Shown here: in pieces, positions 32,083 to 41,766 of the stretch
Layout of the letters: the number at the start of each line of letters is the position of its first letter
How positions within the stretch are numbered: the stretch's first letter is position 1
NCBI GenBank assembly: GCA_014191035.1
Contig: BJGX01000001.1
Span: 24,187 to 88,186, forward strand
DNA length: 64,000 nt
From: Candidatus Saccharimonadota bacterium
GTDB lineage: Bacteria > Patescibacteriota > Saccharimonadia > CAILAD01 > BJGX01
Reading direction: 5' to 3'
The notes under the pieces: model-generated
The model's database searches: none
What the model was told of the DNA's origin: nothing
The model's input: the letters and a program-made list of their open reading frames with translations, nothing else
Program-made: the position numbers and the translations under genes

Positions 32083-32619
32083 CTAGTTATTCGTGACCAG
32101 GGTATTTAGCATCTTTTTGGCACGACCAGCAACTGATTTTCTATCACTTTTTGAAAACTTTTCTAACTTAGGAATAATCCATAGCCTCAGTTTTTCATCA
32201 TTTTTTGCCCAAGTTGATAGAGTTTCAATTGTCGTATTTTGAACAATCCAGTCGTCACTTTTTTCAAGATTAGTTTTTAATATTTCTTTTGCCTTTTCTA
32301 GCTGTGGCGTGGTCATTTCATCTTCTAGCCACAAGAATAATTGAGCCAGAGTCCATTGCGTAGATGCTTGGTTGATTTTTGAAATATCTTTTAGGAATTT
32401 ATCAATATATGAAACAAGCCAGTCAGGATGTTCTTTACAAATACGCTTCATCGCGTTTGATACTCGTAATCGAACCACTTCATCATCAGAGAAGTAACAT
32501 TGATATAGGTCATCTAGCTTCTTTCTGTCGGCTAGTATTTGATTTACAACTTCAACTGTGTTGCCAAGTGAATTTGGATGCCCACCAGTGAGCATTTCTT
32601 CAAATTTGTTTATTGCCAT
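32083..32619 (-). CDS. HEAT-repeat DNA alkylation repair-like protein (AlkD/AlkC-like).
   Basis: All-alpha repeat architecture, size; weak. Confidence 0.3.
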   Translation of the reverse strand: MAINKFEEMLTGGHPNSLGNTVEVVNQILADRKKLDDLYQCYFSDDEVVRLRVSNAMKRICKEHPDWLVSYIDKFLKDISKINQASTQWTLAQLFLWLEDEMTTPQLEKAKEILKTNLEKSDDWIVQNTTIETLSTWAKNDEKLRLWIIPKLEKFSKSDRKSVAGRAKKMLNTLVTNN

Positions 32620-32904
32620 GAATATATCCTATAATAATTCCACCAACCGTGTCTAGAACTAAAAAACAGATACAAATTAGTCGCAATGGAATAGAAGTGT
32701 TGTCATTGGAACTAACTGGTATCTGTTTAGGTATCTTTGGAGGGCCAGCGGGGTCTTGCCCACATTCTGCGGGCCCAGAACTTTCATACTTGCAACAAGT
32801 GGCAAATCTGAAAGGTTCTCTTGCAAAATGCCACCGGCATTTCTCACCCCAAACACCCTTTTGGCGTGTCCGATATTCAAGGCCAGCAAATCTCTACCAA
32901 GAAA

Positions 32905-32935
32905 AAAGACCTATCTTTGTAGATAGATCTATTTT
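32905..32935 (-). terminator. Terminator hairpin downstream of tRNA-Lys (agacctatc-tttgt-agatagatct; T-run on the minus strand).
   Basis: 9-bp stem with one mismatch plus U-run. Confidence 0.5.
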
Positions 32936-32937
32936 CT

Positions 32938-33014
32938 TGGAGGGCCCAGTGAGACTCGAACTCACGACACCCTGCTTAAAAGGCAGGTGCTCTAACCAAC
33001 TGAGCTATGGGCCC
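32938..33014 (-). tRNA. tRNA-Lys (TTT).
   Basis: Acceptor gggccca/tgggccc, loop cuUUUaa, T-loop ttcgagt, CCA. Confidence 0.9.
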
Positions 33015-33152
33015 TTAAGGCAAAATAACCAGATTATTATAAGGTTTTTTAGCTTAAAAATCAAGACTGAATGGTGATGCTCATCTTTTCAAAAACACTA
33101 ATAATTGGTAAAATAGATCGGTATTTTAATCTGTAAATTCGGAGATTTATAA

Positions 33153-33890
33153 ATGTCAGGACATTCTAAGTGGCACTCAATTAAACATAAAAAAGGCGCA
33201 GCTGATGCAAAACGCGGTAAGGTATTTACCAAAATGGCTGCCGAAATTGCCATCGCCGCACAAGACGGTGCTGATCCGGCAATGAACTTTAAATTGCGCC
33301 TGGCAATACAAAAGGCCAAGGCTGCTAACGTTCCGGCTGCAAATATTGAGCGCGCTATCGCCAAGGGTAGTGGGCAGGGCGGAGGCGCAAAGCTAGAAGA
33401 ACTATTATACGAAGGTTATGGCCCCGCCGGAGTTGCGATTATGGTTAAGGCCTTAAGCGACAACCGTAATCGAACTAGCCCTGAAGTTAAATCGACCTTT
33501 TCAAAGCATGGTGGAACTATGGGTGGCCAAGGGTCGGTGGCTTATTTATTCGAAAAGAAAGGTGTAATTATTTGTAAGCCCGAAGCCGATAAAGACGAAA
33601 TGAGCTTAATGGCAATCGAAGCCGGGGCCGACGATATCGATGATAGTGGCGAACAGTTAATAATTTATACTCAGCCTAATAAGCTTGAAGAAGTGCGAGA
33701 TGCTTTAGGCGAAGACAACGTTGAAAGTGCCGAAGTAAAACAAGAACCTAGCCAGACAATCGTGGTTGATGATGAAGGTAAGGCCAAGACTCTGCTGAAT
33801 TTGATGGAAGCGCTGGATGATTTGGATGATGTAGTTGAAGTTACAAGTAACTTTGATATCCCCGAAGAAATTTTAAATAAGCTTCAATGA
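33153..33890 (+). CDS. yebC: YebC/PmpR family transcriptional regulator.
   Basis: MSGHSKWHSIKHKKG N-terminus. Confidence 0.9.
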   Translation: MSGHSKWHSIKHKKGAADAKRGKVFTKMAAEIAIAAQDGADPAMNFKLRLAIQKAKAANVPAANIERAIAKGSGQGGGAKLEELLYEGYGPAGVAIMVKALSDNRNRTSPEVKSTFSKHGGTMGGQGSVAYLFEKKGVIICKPEADKDEMSLMAIEAGADDIDDSGEQLIIYTQPNKLEEVRDALGEDNVESAEVKQEPSQTIVVDDEGKAKTLLNLMEALDDLDDVVEVTSNFDIPEEILNKLQ

Positions 33891-34354
33891 AAATATTGGG
33901 CATAGATCCAGGAACCGCCACAACTGGATTTGGATTGATAACTAAAGAAGGTCCAAAACTCACAAAAATTGACTGTGGCGTTATTTCTACATCAAAGGAT
34001 CTAGATATGCCAAAAAGACTAAGTATATTATTCAATGATCTTCAGGAAATAGTTCAGACGCACAAGCCTGATGTCATGTCGGTTGAGAAATTGTTTTTTA
34101 CCAACAACATCACCACCGCAATGACCGTGAGCCAGGCTAGGGGAATTGTGCTTCTAGTAGCATCACAAAATAATATTCCAATTGCCGAATATACTCCTTT
34201 GCAGGTTAAAATGTCAGCAACAGGTTACGGCAAGGCAACTAAAAAGCAAGTGCAGGAAATGGTTAAGAAGATATTGAAGCTAAGCGTAATTCCAAAGCCT
34301 GACGACGCTGCCGATGCGCTTGCAATTGCAATTTGCCATAGCAGTAATAATTGA
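33887..34354 (+). CDS. ruvC: Holliday junction resolvase RuvC.
   Basis: ILGIDPGTATTGFGLI, RNase H fold. Confidence 0.9.
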   Translation: MKILGIDPGTATTGFGLITKEGPKLTKIDCGVISTSKDLDMPKRLSILFNDLQEIVQTHKPDVMSVEKLFFTNNITTAMTVSQARGIVLLVASQNNIPIAEYTPLQVKMSATGYGKATKKQVQEMVKKILKLSVIPKPDDAADALAIAICHSSNN

Positions 34355-34386
34355 CATCTAAGCTCAAGAGGTATAATTTAGTATAA

Positions 34387-34836
34387 ATGTTTGAAGTATT
34401 TACAGGTCTATTTTTTTCATTCTTACCAATAGGTTTTTTGATTTTGCTGGTTTACACTATTGTTAAAGCCTCTAATAGCAATATAAATACCACTCTTGTG
34501 CGAGGAATAGTAATTACTTTAGTAGTATTATCTGCAATACCAACTGGCTTAATTACAGCTTATTATCTTCCAACTAATGTCTTAAACCTTGGTCCTGATG
34601 CTACTTTTGGAATGAGATTAACTATAGGCTCTGTAATGATAATCTCTGGAATATTTTTAAAGAACAAAACCCAAAAATATTTTTTATTGCTTTTAGGTTT
34701 AGCAATCGTAATTATGCAAATTCCTTACATTTGGAATGCTTATGGAACTGCAGGGGGACTGGTGACGGTTGCTCTGGCCTTTGCTGCATTAATAGGTGGA
34801 ACAATTTGGCTTACATTAAGGGGCAAGCATGAATAA
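34387..34836 (+). CDS. Hypothetical membrane protein (4 TM).
   Basis: Hydrophobic ORF between ruvC and ruvA. Confidence 0.5.
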   Translation: MFEVFTGLFFSFLPIGFLILLVYTIVKASNSNINTTLVRGIVITLVVLSAIPTGLITAYYLPTNVLNLGPDATFGMRLTIGSVMIISGIFLKNKTQKYFLLLLGLAIVIMQIPYIWNAYGTAGGLVTVALAFAALIGGTIWLTLRGKHE

Positions 34837-35395
34837 AACAGTAAAAGTTATTTTAGCTATCGCTATTGCAGTAATATATCCGATACTAGTGCTATTTATT
34901 GGCTTGGTTTTCTATCCTTCTAAAGATTATGAAGACTTAAGGGTTAAGTCACCATCGATTCCAAATTATATTAAGTGCGCCACGTATGGTAACGGCAGAT
35001 CTACCTACACAACTTATGATAAAGCTTGTCAAAAAAGAATTGATGAACAGTACGAAAGAGACACTAATCAGTACAAGAGTAATCTCGAAAGCTACAATAT
35101 GGTTAGGAAACAAGTAGTTATGAATAGGATACAAGTAGCTTTAGTAGCTGCAATACTAGGATTTGCCTTGGCTATGGTTGCCTATAAGTTTTCTCCTATC
35201 ACTGTGGGAATGGCAGGCGGCTCAACTGTATTGATACTGTTTTCTTCTTATTACTCTTTGTTATCCGGCCAGACAATGGGTTCCTTAGTAACTATTCTAT
35301 TTAGCATTTCATTTGTTATTTTAATAGCAATGCTCTTTTTTATTGATAAGGTTATGCCGCTACCCAAGGTCGAAAATTTCGTTCAGAAAAAATAG
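34829..35395 (+). CDS. Hypothetical membrane protein (N- and C-terminal TM, Cys-containing middle region).
   Basis: Overlaps the upstream gene (ATGA). Confidence 0.5.
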   Translation: MNKTVKVILAIAIAVIYPILVLFIGLVFYPSKDYEDLRVKSPSIPNYIKCATYGNGRSTYTTYDKACQKRIDEQYERDTNQYKSNLESYNMVRKQVVMNRIQVALVAAILGFALAMVAYKFSPITVGMAGGSTVLILFSSYYSLLSGQTMGSLVTILFSISFVILIAMLFFIDKVMPLPKVENFVQKK

Positions 35396-35447
35396 TTAAT
35401 AAAGTTATTATTATTCTATACTCTTTAGTCCTGGTATAATCTATTAC

Positions 35448-36005
35448 ATGATTGCAAGAATAAAAGGTGTAATATCTGAAAAGCTCGATAGCTCTGTGGT
35501 GATTGAATTGAATGGCATAGGTTATGAGATATTCGTTCCTGCCAATACTTTGTTATCTGTAAACGAAGGAGATGAGGGCTTATTTTATATTGCTGAAAAT
35601 ATAAAAGAAGATGAATATAGCTTATTCGGGTTTCCGACTCGCAATGCTAGGCAAATTTACTATAAACTCACCAGCGTTAACGGTGTTGGCCCAAAAGCTG
35701 CAATGTCTATTCTTTCCGCACACTCTGCCGATGATGTCCAAAACGCAATATTGAGTGATGATGTTAATTTATTTAGTAGCGTTTCTGGAATTGGCAAAAA
35801 GACAGCTCAAAGAATTATTTTAGATTTAAAAGGTAAACTAGTTGAGGTAGAAAAGGTAGAAGCCGATGAAAGCGACCAAGCATACCAAGCTCTAATTAGT
35901 CTGGGCTATTCTGCTAAAGATGCGCAGGCAGTTTTAAAAGACATAGATTCGAACTTGAGTACTCAAGAAAGAATTAAGCTAGCGCTAAAAGGAGCTAAGA
36001 AATGA
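35448..36005 (+). CDS. ruvA: Holliday junction helicase subunit RuvA.
   Basis: OB-fold N-terminus, HhH motifs GVGPKAA/GIGKKTA. Confidence 0.9.
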   Translation: MIARIKGVISEKLDSSVVIELNGIGYEIFVPANTLLSVNEGDEGLFYIAENIKEDEYSLFGFPTRNARQIYYKLTSVNGVGPKAAMSILSAHSADDVQNAILSDDVNLFSSVSGIGKKTAQRIILDLKGKLVEVEKVEADESDQAYQALISLGYSAKDAQAVLKDIDSNLSTQERIKLALKGAKK

Positions 36006-37039
36006 TTGAACGCCAAGAAGAACTTATTGAGTCGGAAGTTCCAGAAGAAATTGCGCAAGAAGAAGTTTTTGAATTATCACTGCGTCCAAAATCATTTGAT
36101 CAATACATTGGTCAGGAACAAATTAAAAAAGCACTCAAAGTTGCTATTTCGGCAGCTCAAAAACGTAATGAATCGCTAGACCACATTTTGCTTTATGGCC
36201 CTCCAGGGCTTGGCAAAACTACCTTAGCCCACGTAATTGCAAATGAACTGAAAGGAAATTTAAAAGTTACCAGTGGGCCCGCGGTCGAAAGAGCGGCTGA
36301 CTTAGCCTCTATGCTCACCAGCTTAGAAGACGGAGACATTTTGTTTATTGATGAAATTCACCGTTTACCCCGAAGCGTGGAAGAAATATTGTATTCTGCG
36401 ATGGAAGATTACGTGATTGATATTGTTTTAGGCAAAGGACCATCTGCACAAAACCTGCGATTGGATTTACCCAAATTTACCTTGATTGGCGCAACCACAC
36501 GTTTTGGAGCTCTATCATCTCCATTAAGAGATAGATTTGGTATTGTTAACCGCCTGGACTACTACAAGGAAGATGAAATAGAAAAAATAATTAATAGATC
36601 TGCCAAACTATTGGAAATTAAGCTTCAAAAAAATGCGCTAGAGCAAATGTCTAAGAGATCTCGCTTGACTCCCCGAATTGCTAACAGGCTATTAAAGCGA
36701 GTGCGTGATTGGGCCCAGGTTCATGGGGACAACACAATAAACGACGAAGCGCTTAATGAAACCTTGTCTATCTTAGAAATCGACCAAAAAGGTCTAGATG
36801 CTTCAGATCGAAGAGTATTAGACGCAATAATTAATAAGTATAATGGCGGGCCAGTAGGAGTTAGTGCAATTGCTGCCGCAACAGGCGAGGAGCGTCAAAC
36901 TATAGAAGATGTATATGAGCCATTTTTAATACAGCTTGGTTTTTTGGAACGCACAAGCAGGGGAAGAAAGGTTACCGAGCGGGGCTACTTGCATTTAGGA
37001 GTCGAGCCACCCAAAGATATGCAATCAACTCTAGTTTGA
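36002..37039 (+). CDS. ruvB: Holliday junction helicase RuvB.
   Basis: GPPGLGKTTLA Walker A, AAA+ fold. Confidence 0.95.
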   Translation: MIERQEELIESEVPEEIAQEEVFELSLRPKSFDQYIGQEQIKKALKVAISAAQKRNESLDHILLYGPPGLGKTTLAHVIANELKGNLKVTSGPAVERAADLASMLTSLEDGDILFIDEIHRLPRSVEEILYSAMEDYVIDIVLGKGPSAQNLRLDLPKFTLIGATTRFGALSSPLRDRFGIVNRLDYYKEDEIEKIINRSAKLLEIKLQKNALEQMSKRSRLTPRIANRLLKRVRDWAQVHGDNTINDEALNETLSILEIDQKGLDASDRRVLDAIINKYNGGPVGVSAIAAATGEERQTIEDVYEPFLIQLGFLERTSRGRKVTERGYLHLGVEPPKDMQSTLV

Positions 37040-37053
37040 TATAAAATAGAATT

Positions 37054-37590
37054 ATGGAAAATGATAACAACTATCCTGGCCAAGCGCACGAAGAGGTTAC
37101 CCAAAGGGTTGTTTATAAGCATGTTATGGCAATAGCTCCAATTCTTTTTGGAATGCTTCTGTTATCTATTTTTGCCGTTATAGCAATAATATACGTCAAT
37201 ACAAACCTAGCTTCTGTAGAGACTTTTATTCCTCCTATCTTTTTAACATTAATAGGTTTTGTTTTTATAGCAGTTATAGTAATGTTGACTGTGGGAACTT
37301 TTTGGATTTGGAGACGCAACAAAGTAGTTATAACCAACAAGCATGTAGTTGATGTTGATCAAATTGGGCTGTTTAACAGAGAGGTATCCACGCTTAGGCT
37401 AGAGGAAATTCAAGATGTATCTGCCAAGGTCAATGGTCCTCTCCAGACAATGTTGGGCTACGGGACATTAATAATCCAGACAGCAGGAGAAAGAGAAAAC
37501 TTTGTATTTGACTACGTGCCAGAGCCTTATAAATTAGAAAATTATATAATTGAACTTCGTAGTAAATATTACGGAAATAAATTTAGTTAG
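37054..37590 (+). CDS. Bacterial PH-domain membrane protein (YdbS/bPH_2-like).
   Basis: Two TM helices followed by a bPH_2-like domain. Confidence 0.5.
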   Translation: MENDNNYPGQAHEEVTQRVVYKHVMAIAPILFGMLLLSIFAVIAIIYVNTNLASVETFIPPIFLTLIGFVFIAVIVMLTVGTFWIWRRNKVVITNKHVVDVDQIGLFNREVSTLRLEEIQDVSAKVNGPLQTMLGYGTLIIQTAGERENFVFDYVPEPYKLENYIIELRSKYYGNKFS

Positions 37591-38014
37591 AACTTGTAAC
37601 TATATAAATACCTTTGGAGGGGTCACTTCCTAGGCTTTTGAGGTCTTTGTCATTTTTATTTTCTAATGTAGCCTGTAGCTCAAAGCTACCCGGAGTATTC
37701 CCTTGGGTTATATATATGTACTCTTTTTTGGTTGAAGGATCTTTTGGTACCTTTTTCATGAATGGAGTGGCGCCTGCCTCTAATTCGGAGAGCTTTGTGG
37801 GATAGCTACCCTTTTCAGAGTAGTAAGCTTCGAGCTGTGTTTTGATAGCCCTTAAATCACTTTTGCGGGTTGCATCTCGGGCTCTTGATGGGCCATTTAT
37901 AAGACCAGGAATTATTAGCACTGCAAAGAATCCAACGACAATAATTATTACAACTACGTCTAATATGGTGAAGCCAGATGGTCTATTTGCGAATCTTTGT
38001 CTAAGTGAAAACAT
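37583..38014 (-). CDS. Type IV pilin/pseudopilin-like protein.
   Basis: Prepilin-type N-terminus GFTILDVVVIIIVVGFFA (Asp at +5 instead of Glu). Confidence 0.6.
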   Translation of the reverse strand: MFSLRQRFANRPSGFTILDVVVIIIVVGFFAVLIIPGLINGPSRARDATRKSDLRAIKTQLEAYYSEKGSYPTKLSELEAGATPFMKKVPKDPSTKKEYIYITQGNTPGSFELQATLENKNDKDLKSLGSDPSKGIYIVTSSN

Positions 38015-38109
38015 TATGAAGCTATTGTATAACCCTTATGATTTATAGGTCAAGCCTGATATCGCACATGTTTGCATTTTTTAGCGCTGCTTTAAGACTT
38101 GGTTGCTAG

Positions 38110-38619
38110 TTGCCGCTGGAGTCGCTACTATTAGTTATGGAATATATGATTACAGAACAGAAATTCAGTTACAATTCAGCAAGCTTAGATCGAAGTTTGG
38201 AACTCGGCAATAAGCTTGCCGGGCTAATCAAGCCACCATTATTAATTGAGATGGTGGGGGATTTGGGTGGCGGTAAAACTGCGCTTGTTAAGTCAATCGC
38301 TAAAGGTTTAGGGATAGAGCAGACCGTAACTAGCCCTACATTTAATATTCACAGAGGTTATGAATCACCCAATGGAATAAGATTGGAGCATTTCGATTTA
38401 TACCGATTAAATGATGATGAAATTGTCGCCAATGAACTCAAAGATTGTTTGGAAGATCCAAAAACGATAGTGTGCACCGAATGGGCTAATCATTTTAGTA
38501 GTCATTTGGCTGAAGATAGGCTGACTGTGGAGTGTCATTATATAAGCGAAAACGAGCGAAGGTACGATTTTAAATCGACTGGACCCAAATCGAGTAAAAT
38601 TATAGAAGGATTAAAATAA
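38110..38619 (+). CDS. tsaE: t6A biosynthesis ATPase TsaE (YjeE).
   Basis: P-loop GDLGGGKT; the true start may be an internal Met. Confidence 0.8.
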   Translation: MPLESLLLVMEYMITEQKFSYNSASLDRSLELGNKLAGLIKPPLLIEMVGDLGGGKTALVKSIAKGLGIEQTVTSPTFNIHRGYESPNGIRLEHFDLYRLNDDEIVANELKDCLEDPKTIVCTEWANHFSSHLAEDRLTVECHYISENERRYDFKSTGPKSSKIIEGLK

Positions 38620-39011
38620 TGATATTAGCAATAAGAACTGACAAGCCAGAGGCCGAATTGTATTTAATAAATAACGGCAAATTTGCATCTGAAATTAAGT
38701 GGGAAGCTCACCGCGAGCTAGCCGATACGCTACTAATGAAAATTAAAGAACTCCTCGAATCAAAAAATATTACCAATAATGATGTCAAGGGTATTATTAT
38801 GCACACTGGCGAGGGTTCGTTTACTGGCCTTAGGATCGGCACGACTGTTGCCAATGCGATGGCCTATAGTTTGAGTATTCCAATTGTTGCAGCTAAAGGT
38901 GGTGAATGGATAAGGTCTGGTCTAGAAGCGATTGAAAGTGCAAAAGTCGGTGACTTAGTAGTGCCAGAATACAACGCTGAGCCAAATATCACCAAGCCAA
39001 AAGGCTCTTAA
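38619..39011 (+). CDS. tsaB: TsaB (YeaZ)-like, short form containing only the N-terminal ASKHA half.
   Basis: MILAIRTD...TGEGSFTGLRIGTTVANAMAYSLSIPI; 130 aa. Confidence 0.65.
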   Translation: MILAIRTDKPEAELYLINNGKFASEIKWEAHRELADTLLMKIKELLESKNITNNDVKGIIMHTGEGSFTGLRIGTTVANAMAYSLSIPIVAAKGGEWIRSGLEAIESAKVGDLVVPEYNAEPNITKPKGS

Positions 39012-39129
39012 GCTTGTTAATATTACAAAATAATTGTTAAATAGTATTAGACATTAGTCGATTTGAATTTAATTTTTGATAACCGGTTTTTACTTTAATA
39101 CAGGTGAAAACAACTACTTAGAAAGGTAG

Positions 39130-40653
39130 GTGTTTATGGAAATAGTATTTGCAATCCTTGCCCTTGCAGTTGGTGGGGGTGTTGGCTATGGTGCCAATTC
39201 TTACATTTCAAAACAAAAAGCAACAGATGCCGACAAAAAAGCCAAAAAATTATTAGATGATGCCAAAGAAGAATCTAAGAAAAAAATATTAGAAGCTAAA
39301 GAAGAGGCAATTAAAATTGCCGATGAAGCCAAAAAAGAAGAACGGGAAAGGCGTAATAAATTAGATGCTTCCGAAAAGCGTGTGGCTGATCGAGAAACCT
39401 TATTAGATAATAAGCTTGATCAAATCGAAAAGCGCACCGAAGCCCTAAATCGATCCGAAAAAGAAATCGAAGCTATTAAAGAAGAGATTCGAGCAATTCG
39501 AACTCGCCAAGAAGACAACCTAGAAAAGATTGCAAAGCTTAAAAAAGAAGACGCTCAAAAGAAGCTTATGGAAATGACAGAGCGCGATATTAAAAACGAC
39601 TTAGTTGAGTATGTTGAAAAACGAAAGCGTGAGGCTAATGAAAACGCTGATGAAATTGCCAAAGATATTATGACTCAAGCCATGGAACGCTTGGCTACAG
39701 GCACTGCCACTGAGCGAACAATTAGCACTGTCACAATTCCAAACGATGGGGATAAGGGAAAGATTATCGGAAAAGAAGGCCGAAACATCCAGACACTCGA
39801 ACGCCTTACTGGTGTTGAAGTTATTATCGACGAAAGTCCTGGTGTAATTACAATTTCTGGCTTTAATCCGATTCGCCGGCAAGTTGCTAAGCGCGCCTTG
39901 GAAGAATTAATTAAAGACGGGCGTATCCATCCGGCCAAAATCGAAGAGCAAGTTGCCAAAGCCAAAAAAGAAATCGATGAAGAAGTTAAGCGAGCCGGGG
40001 AACAGGCTGCGCGTGAAGCTAAGGTTCTTGGGTTGCCACCAGAAATTTCAAAAACTATGGGCATGCTAAAGTTCCGTACTAGCTACAGCCAGAACGTACT
40101 TCACCACTCTGTCGAAATGGCCCACTTAGCCGCGATGATTGCCGATGAAATCGGTGCCGATGTTCAAGTATCAAGAACTGCAGCGTTCTTACATGATTTG
40201 GGTAAGGCAGTCAGCCATGAAATAGAAGGCAAGCATCATCATATTACTGGGGATATGATGCGCAAGGCTGGATTCGATGAAGCTACCACTCATGCTGCAG
40301 AAGCACACCACGATGATATTGAGGCTACTACGCCAGAAGCTTTAATAGTGCGTGTAGTAGACGCCCTAAGTGGTGGTCGCCCAGGAGCCCGCGGGGATAC
40401 ATTAGAAAATTATGTTAAGCGTATGACGGATCTTGAGAATGTAGCTAATGCATTTAGTGGAATCGAAAAGAGCTACGCCATTAGTGCAGGTCGCGAAATT
40501 CGAGTATTCGTTAAGCCAGAAGAAATTGATGATCTTACCGCCATTAAGCTGGCTCGTGATGTTGCCACAAAGATTGAGGCATCTCTAAAATATCCTGGGA
40601 CAATTAAAGTTAATGTTATTCGTGAAACTAGAGCCGAGGAGTACGCTAAATAG
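39130..40653 (+). CDS. rny: Ribonuclease Y.
   Basis: N-terminal TM, coiled coil, KH domain (GKIIGKEGRNIQ), HD domain. Confidence 0.9.
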   Translation: MFMEIVFAILALAVGGGVGYGANSYISKQKATDADKKAKKLLDDAKEESKKKILEAKEEAIKIADEAKKEERERRNKLDASEKRVADRETLLDNKLDQIEKRTEALNRSEKEIEAIKEEIRAIRTRQEDNLEKIAKLKKEDAQKKLMEMTERDIKNDLVEYVEKRKREANENADEIAKDIMTQAMERLATGTATERTISTVTIPNDGDKGKIIGKEGRNIQTLERLTGVEVIIDESPGVITISGFNPIRRQVAKRALEELIKDGRIHPAKIEEQVAKAKKEIDEEVKRAGEQAAREAKVLGLPPEISKTMGMLKFRTSYSQNVLHHSVEMAHLAAMIADEIGADVQVSRTAAFLHDLGKAVSHEIEGKHHHITGDMMRKAGFDEATTHAAEAHHDDIEATTPEALIVRVVDALSGGRPGARGDTLENYVKRMTDLENVANAFSGIEKSYAISAGREIRVFVKPEEIDDLTAIKLARDVATKIEASLKYPGTIKVNVIRETRAEEYAK

Positions 40654-41447
40654 TGAAAATTTTATACATCGGTGACATAGTTGCAAAAATTGGTAGGCGA
40701 GCAGTCGCGCAAGTTTTGCCAAAGTTAAAAGAAGAGAAGCAAATTGATTTTGTAATTGCGCAGTCTGAAAACATCAGCACCGGTAACGGCCTAACTGCAA
40801 AAGCAATTAGAGAAGTTAAAGAAGCGGGTGTAGATTTATTTACTGGTGGCAACCATAGCTTTAAAAAACCAGAGGGTGTAGATATGCTAAACGATCCAAA
40901 CGAGCCAATAATTCGTCCTGCTAATTACCCTGGCAAAACCCCCGGCCGAGGCTGGAAAATTGCCGAAACACCTTTTGGAAAAATATTGGTAATTAATCTT
41001 TTGGGACAAACATTTAACGGGCCACTCTTGGACCACCCACTAAAAGTTGTTGATGCGATACTTGAAGAAAACAAAGACGAAAAACTCTCAGCAACAATTG
41101 TGGACTTGCACGCTGATTTAACATCAGAAAAAGTTGCTATCGGCTTTTACCTAGATGGTAGAGTCAGTGGCGTGGTTGGAAGTCATATCCACGTAAGCAC
41201 TGCTGACGCCAAAGTATTACCAGGCGGAACTGCGCATATTACCGATGTCGGTATGACCGGCCCAACTGATTCCGTACTGGGTGTAAAAAAAGAAATAATT
41301 ATAGATAAATGGCTGAACCAACTTCCTAATAAATTCGATTGGCCGACTACAGGCATCGTGCAATTTAGCTCTGTACTGATAGATGTTGATAGTGATGGCA
41401 AAGCCAAGTCTATTGAGCAAATACTAATAAATACTGAGGTTAGTTAA
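40653..41447 (+). CDS. ymdB: YmdB-like metallophosphoesterase (2',3'-cyclic nucleotide phosphodiesterase family).
   Basis: MKILYIGDIV...GNHSF; conserved rny-ymdB pair. Confidence 0.8.
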   Translation: MKILYIGDIVAKIGRRAVAQVLPKLKEEKQIDFVIAQSENISTGNGLTAKAIREVKEAGVDLFTGGNHSFKKPEGVDMLNDPNEPIIRPANYPGKTPGRGWKIAETPFGKILVINLLGQTFNGPLLDHPLKVVDAILEENKDEKLSATIVDLHADLTSEKVAIGFYLDGRVSGVVGSHIHVSTADAKVLPGGTAHITDVGMTGPTDSVLGVKKEIIIDKWLNQLPNKFDWPTTGIVQFSSVLIDVDSDGKAKSIEQILINTEVS

Positions 41448-41728
41448 TGATCAAGCCAGAACTCATTCAGGAAATTGCTAATAAAACCAGAATGCCAAAA
41501 AACAAGATTGAGCTCGTGATGGATACTATGCTCGAAACCATAATTGATGAAGTGAAAGATGGCGAGAAAGTATTAATAAGCGGATTTGGAGTTTTTCACC
41601 TTACACACCGCAAAGCTCGCAATGGAATAAATCCAAATACCAAAGAAAAGCTACAGATTAACGGTATGCAGGTTCCTAAGTTTCGGGCCGGTGAGCAGTT
41701 CAAGCGTGCAGTGCGCGGCAAAAAATAA
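41447..41728 (+). CDS. hup: DNA-binding protein HU.
   Basis: HU/IHF fold, arm motif GFGVFH...R.ARNGINP. Confidence 0.9.
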   Translation: MIKPELIQEIANKTRMPKNKIELVMDTMLETIIDEVKDGEKVLISGFGVFHLTHRKARNGINPNTKEKLQINGMQVPKFRAGEQFKRAVRGKK

Positions 41729-41766
41729 GTATGTAAATATCACTACATAAGCTTTATAATGTTTCT

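Noticed and set aside
32649-33077. ORF 32649-33077(+) and 32677-32889(-) over the tRNA-Lys region.
   Set aside because: Translation runs straight through the tRNA-Lys gene and the GC-rich putative RNA segment; no RBS.
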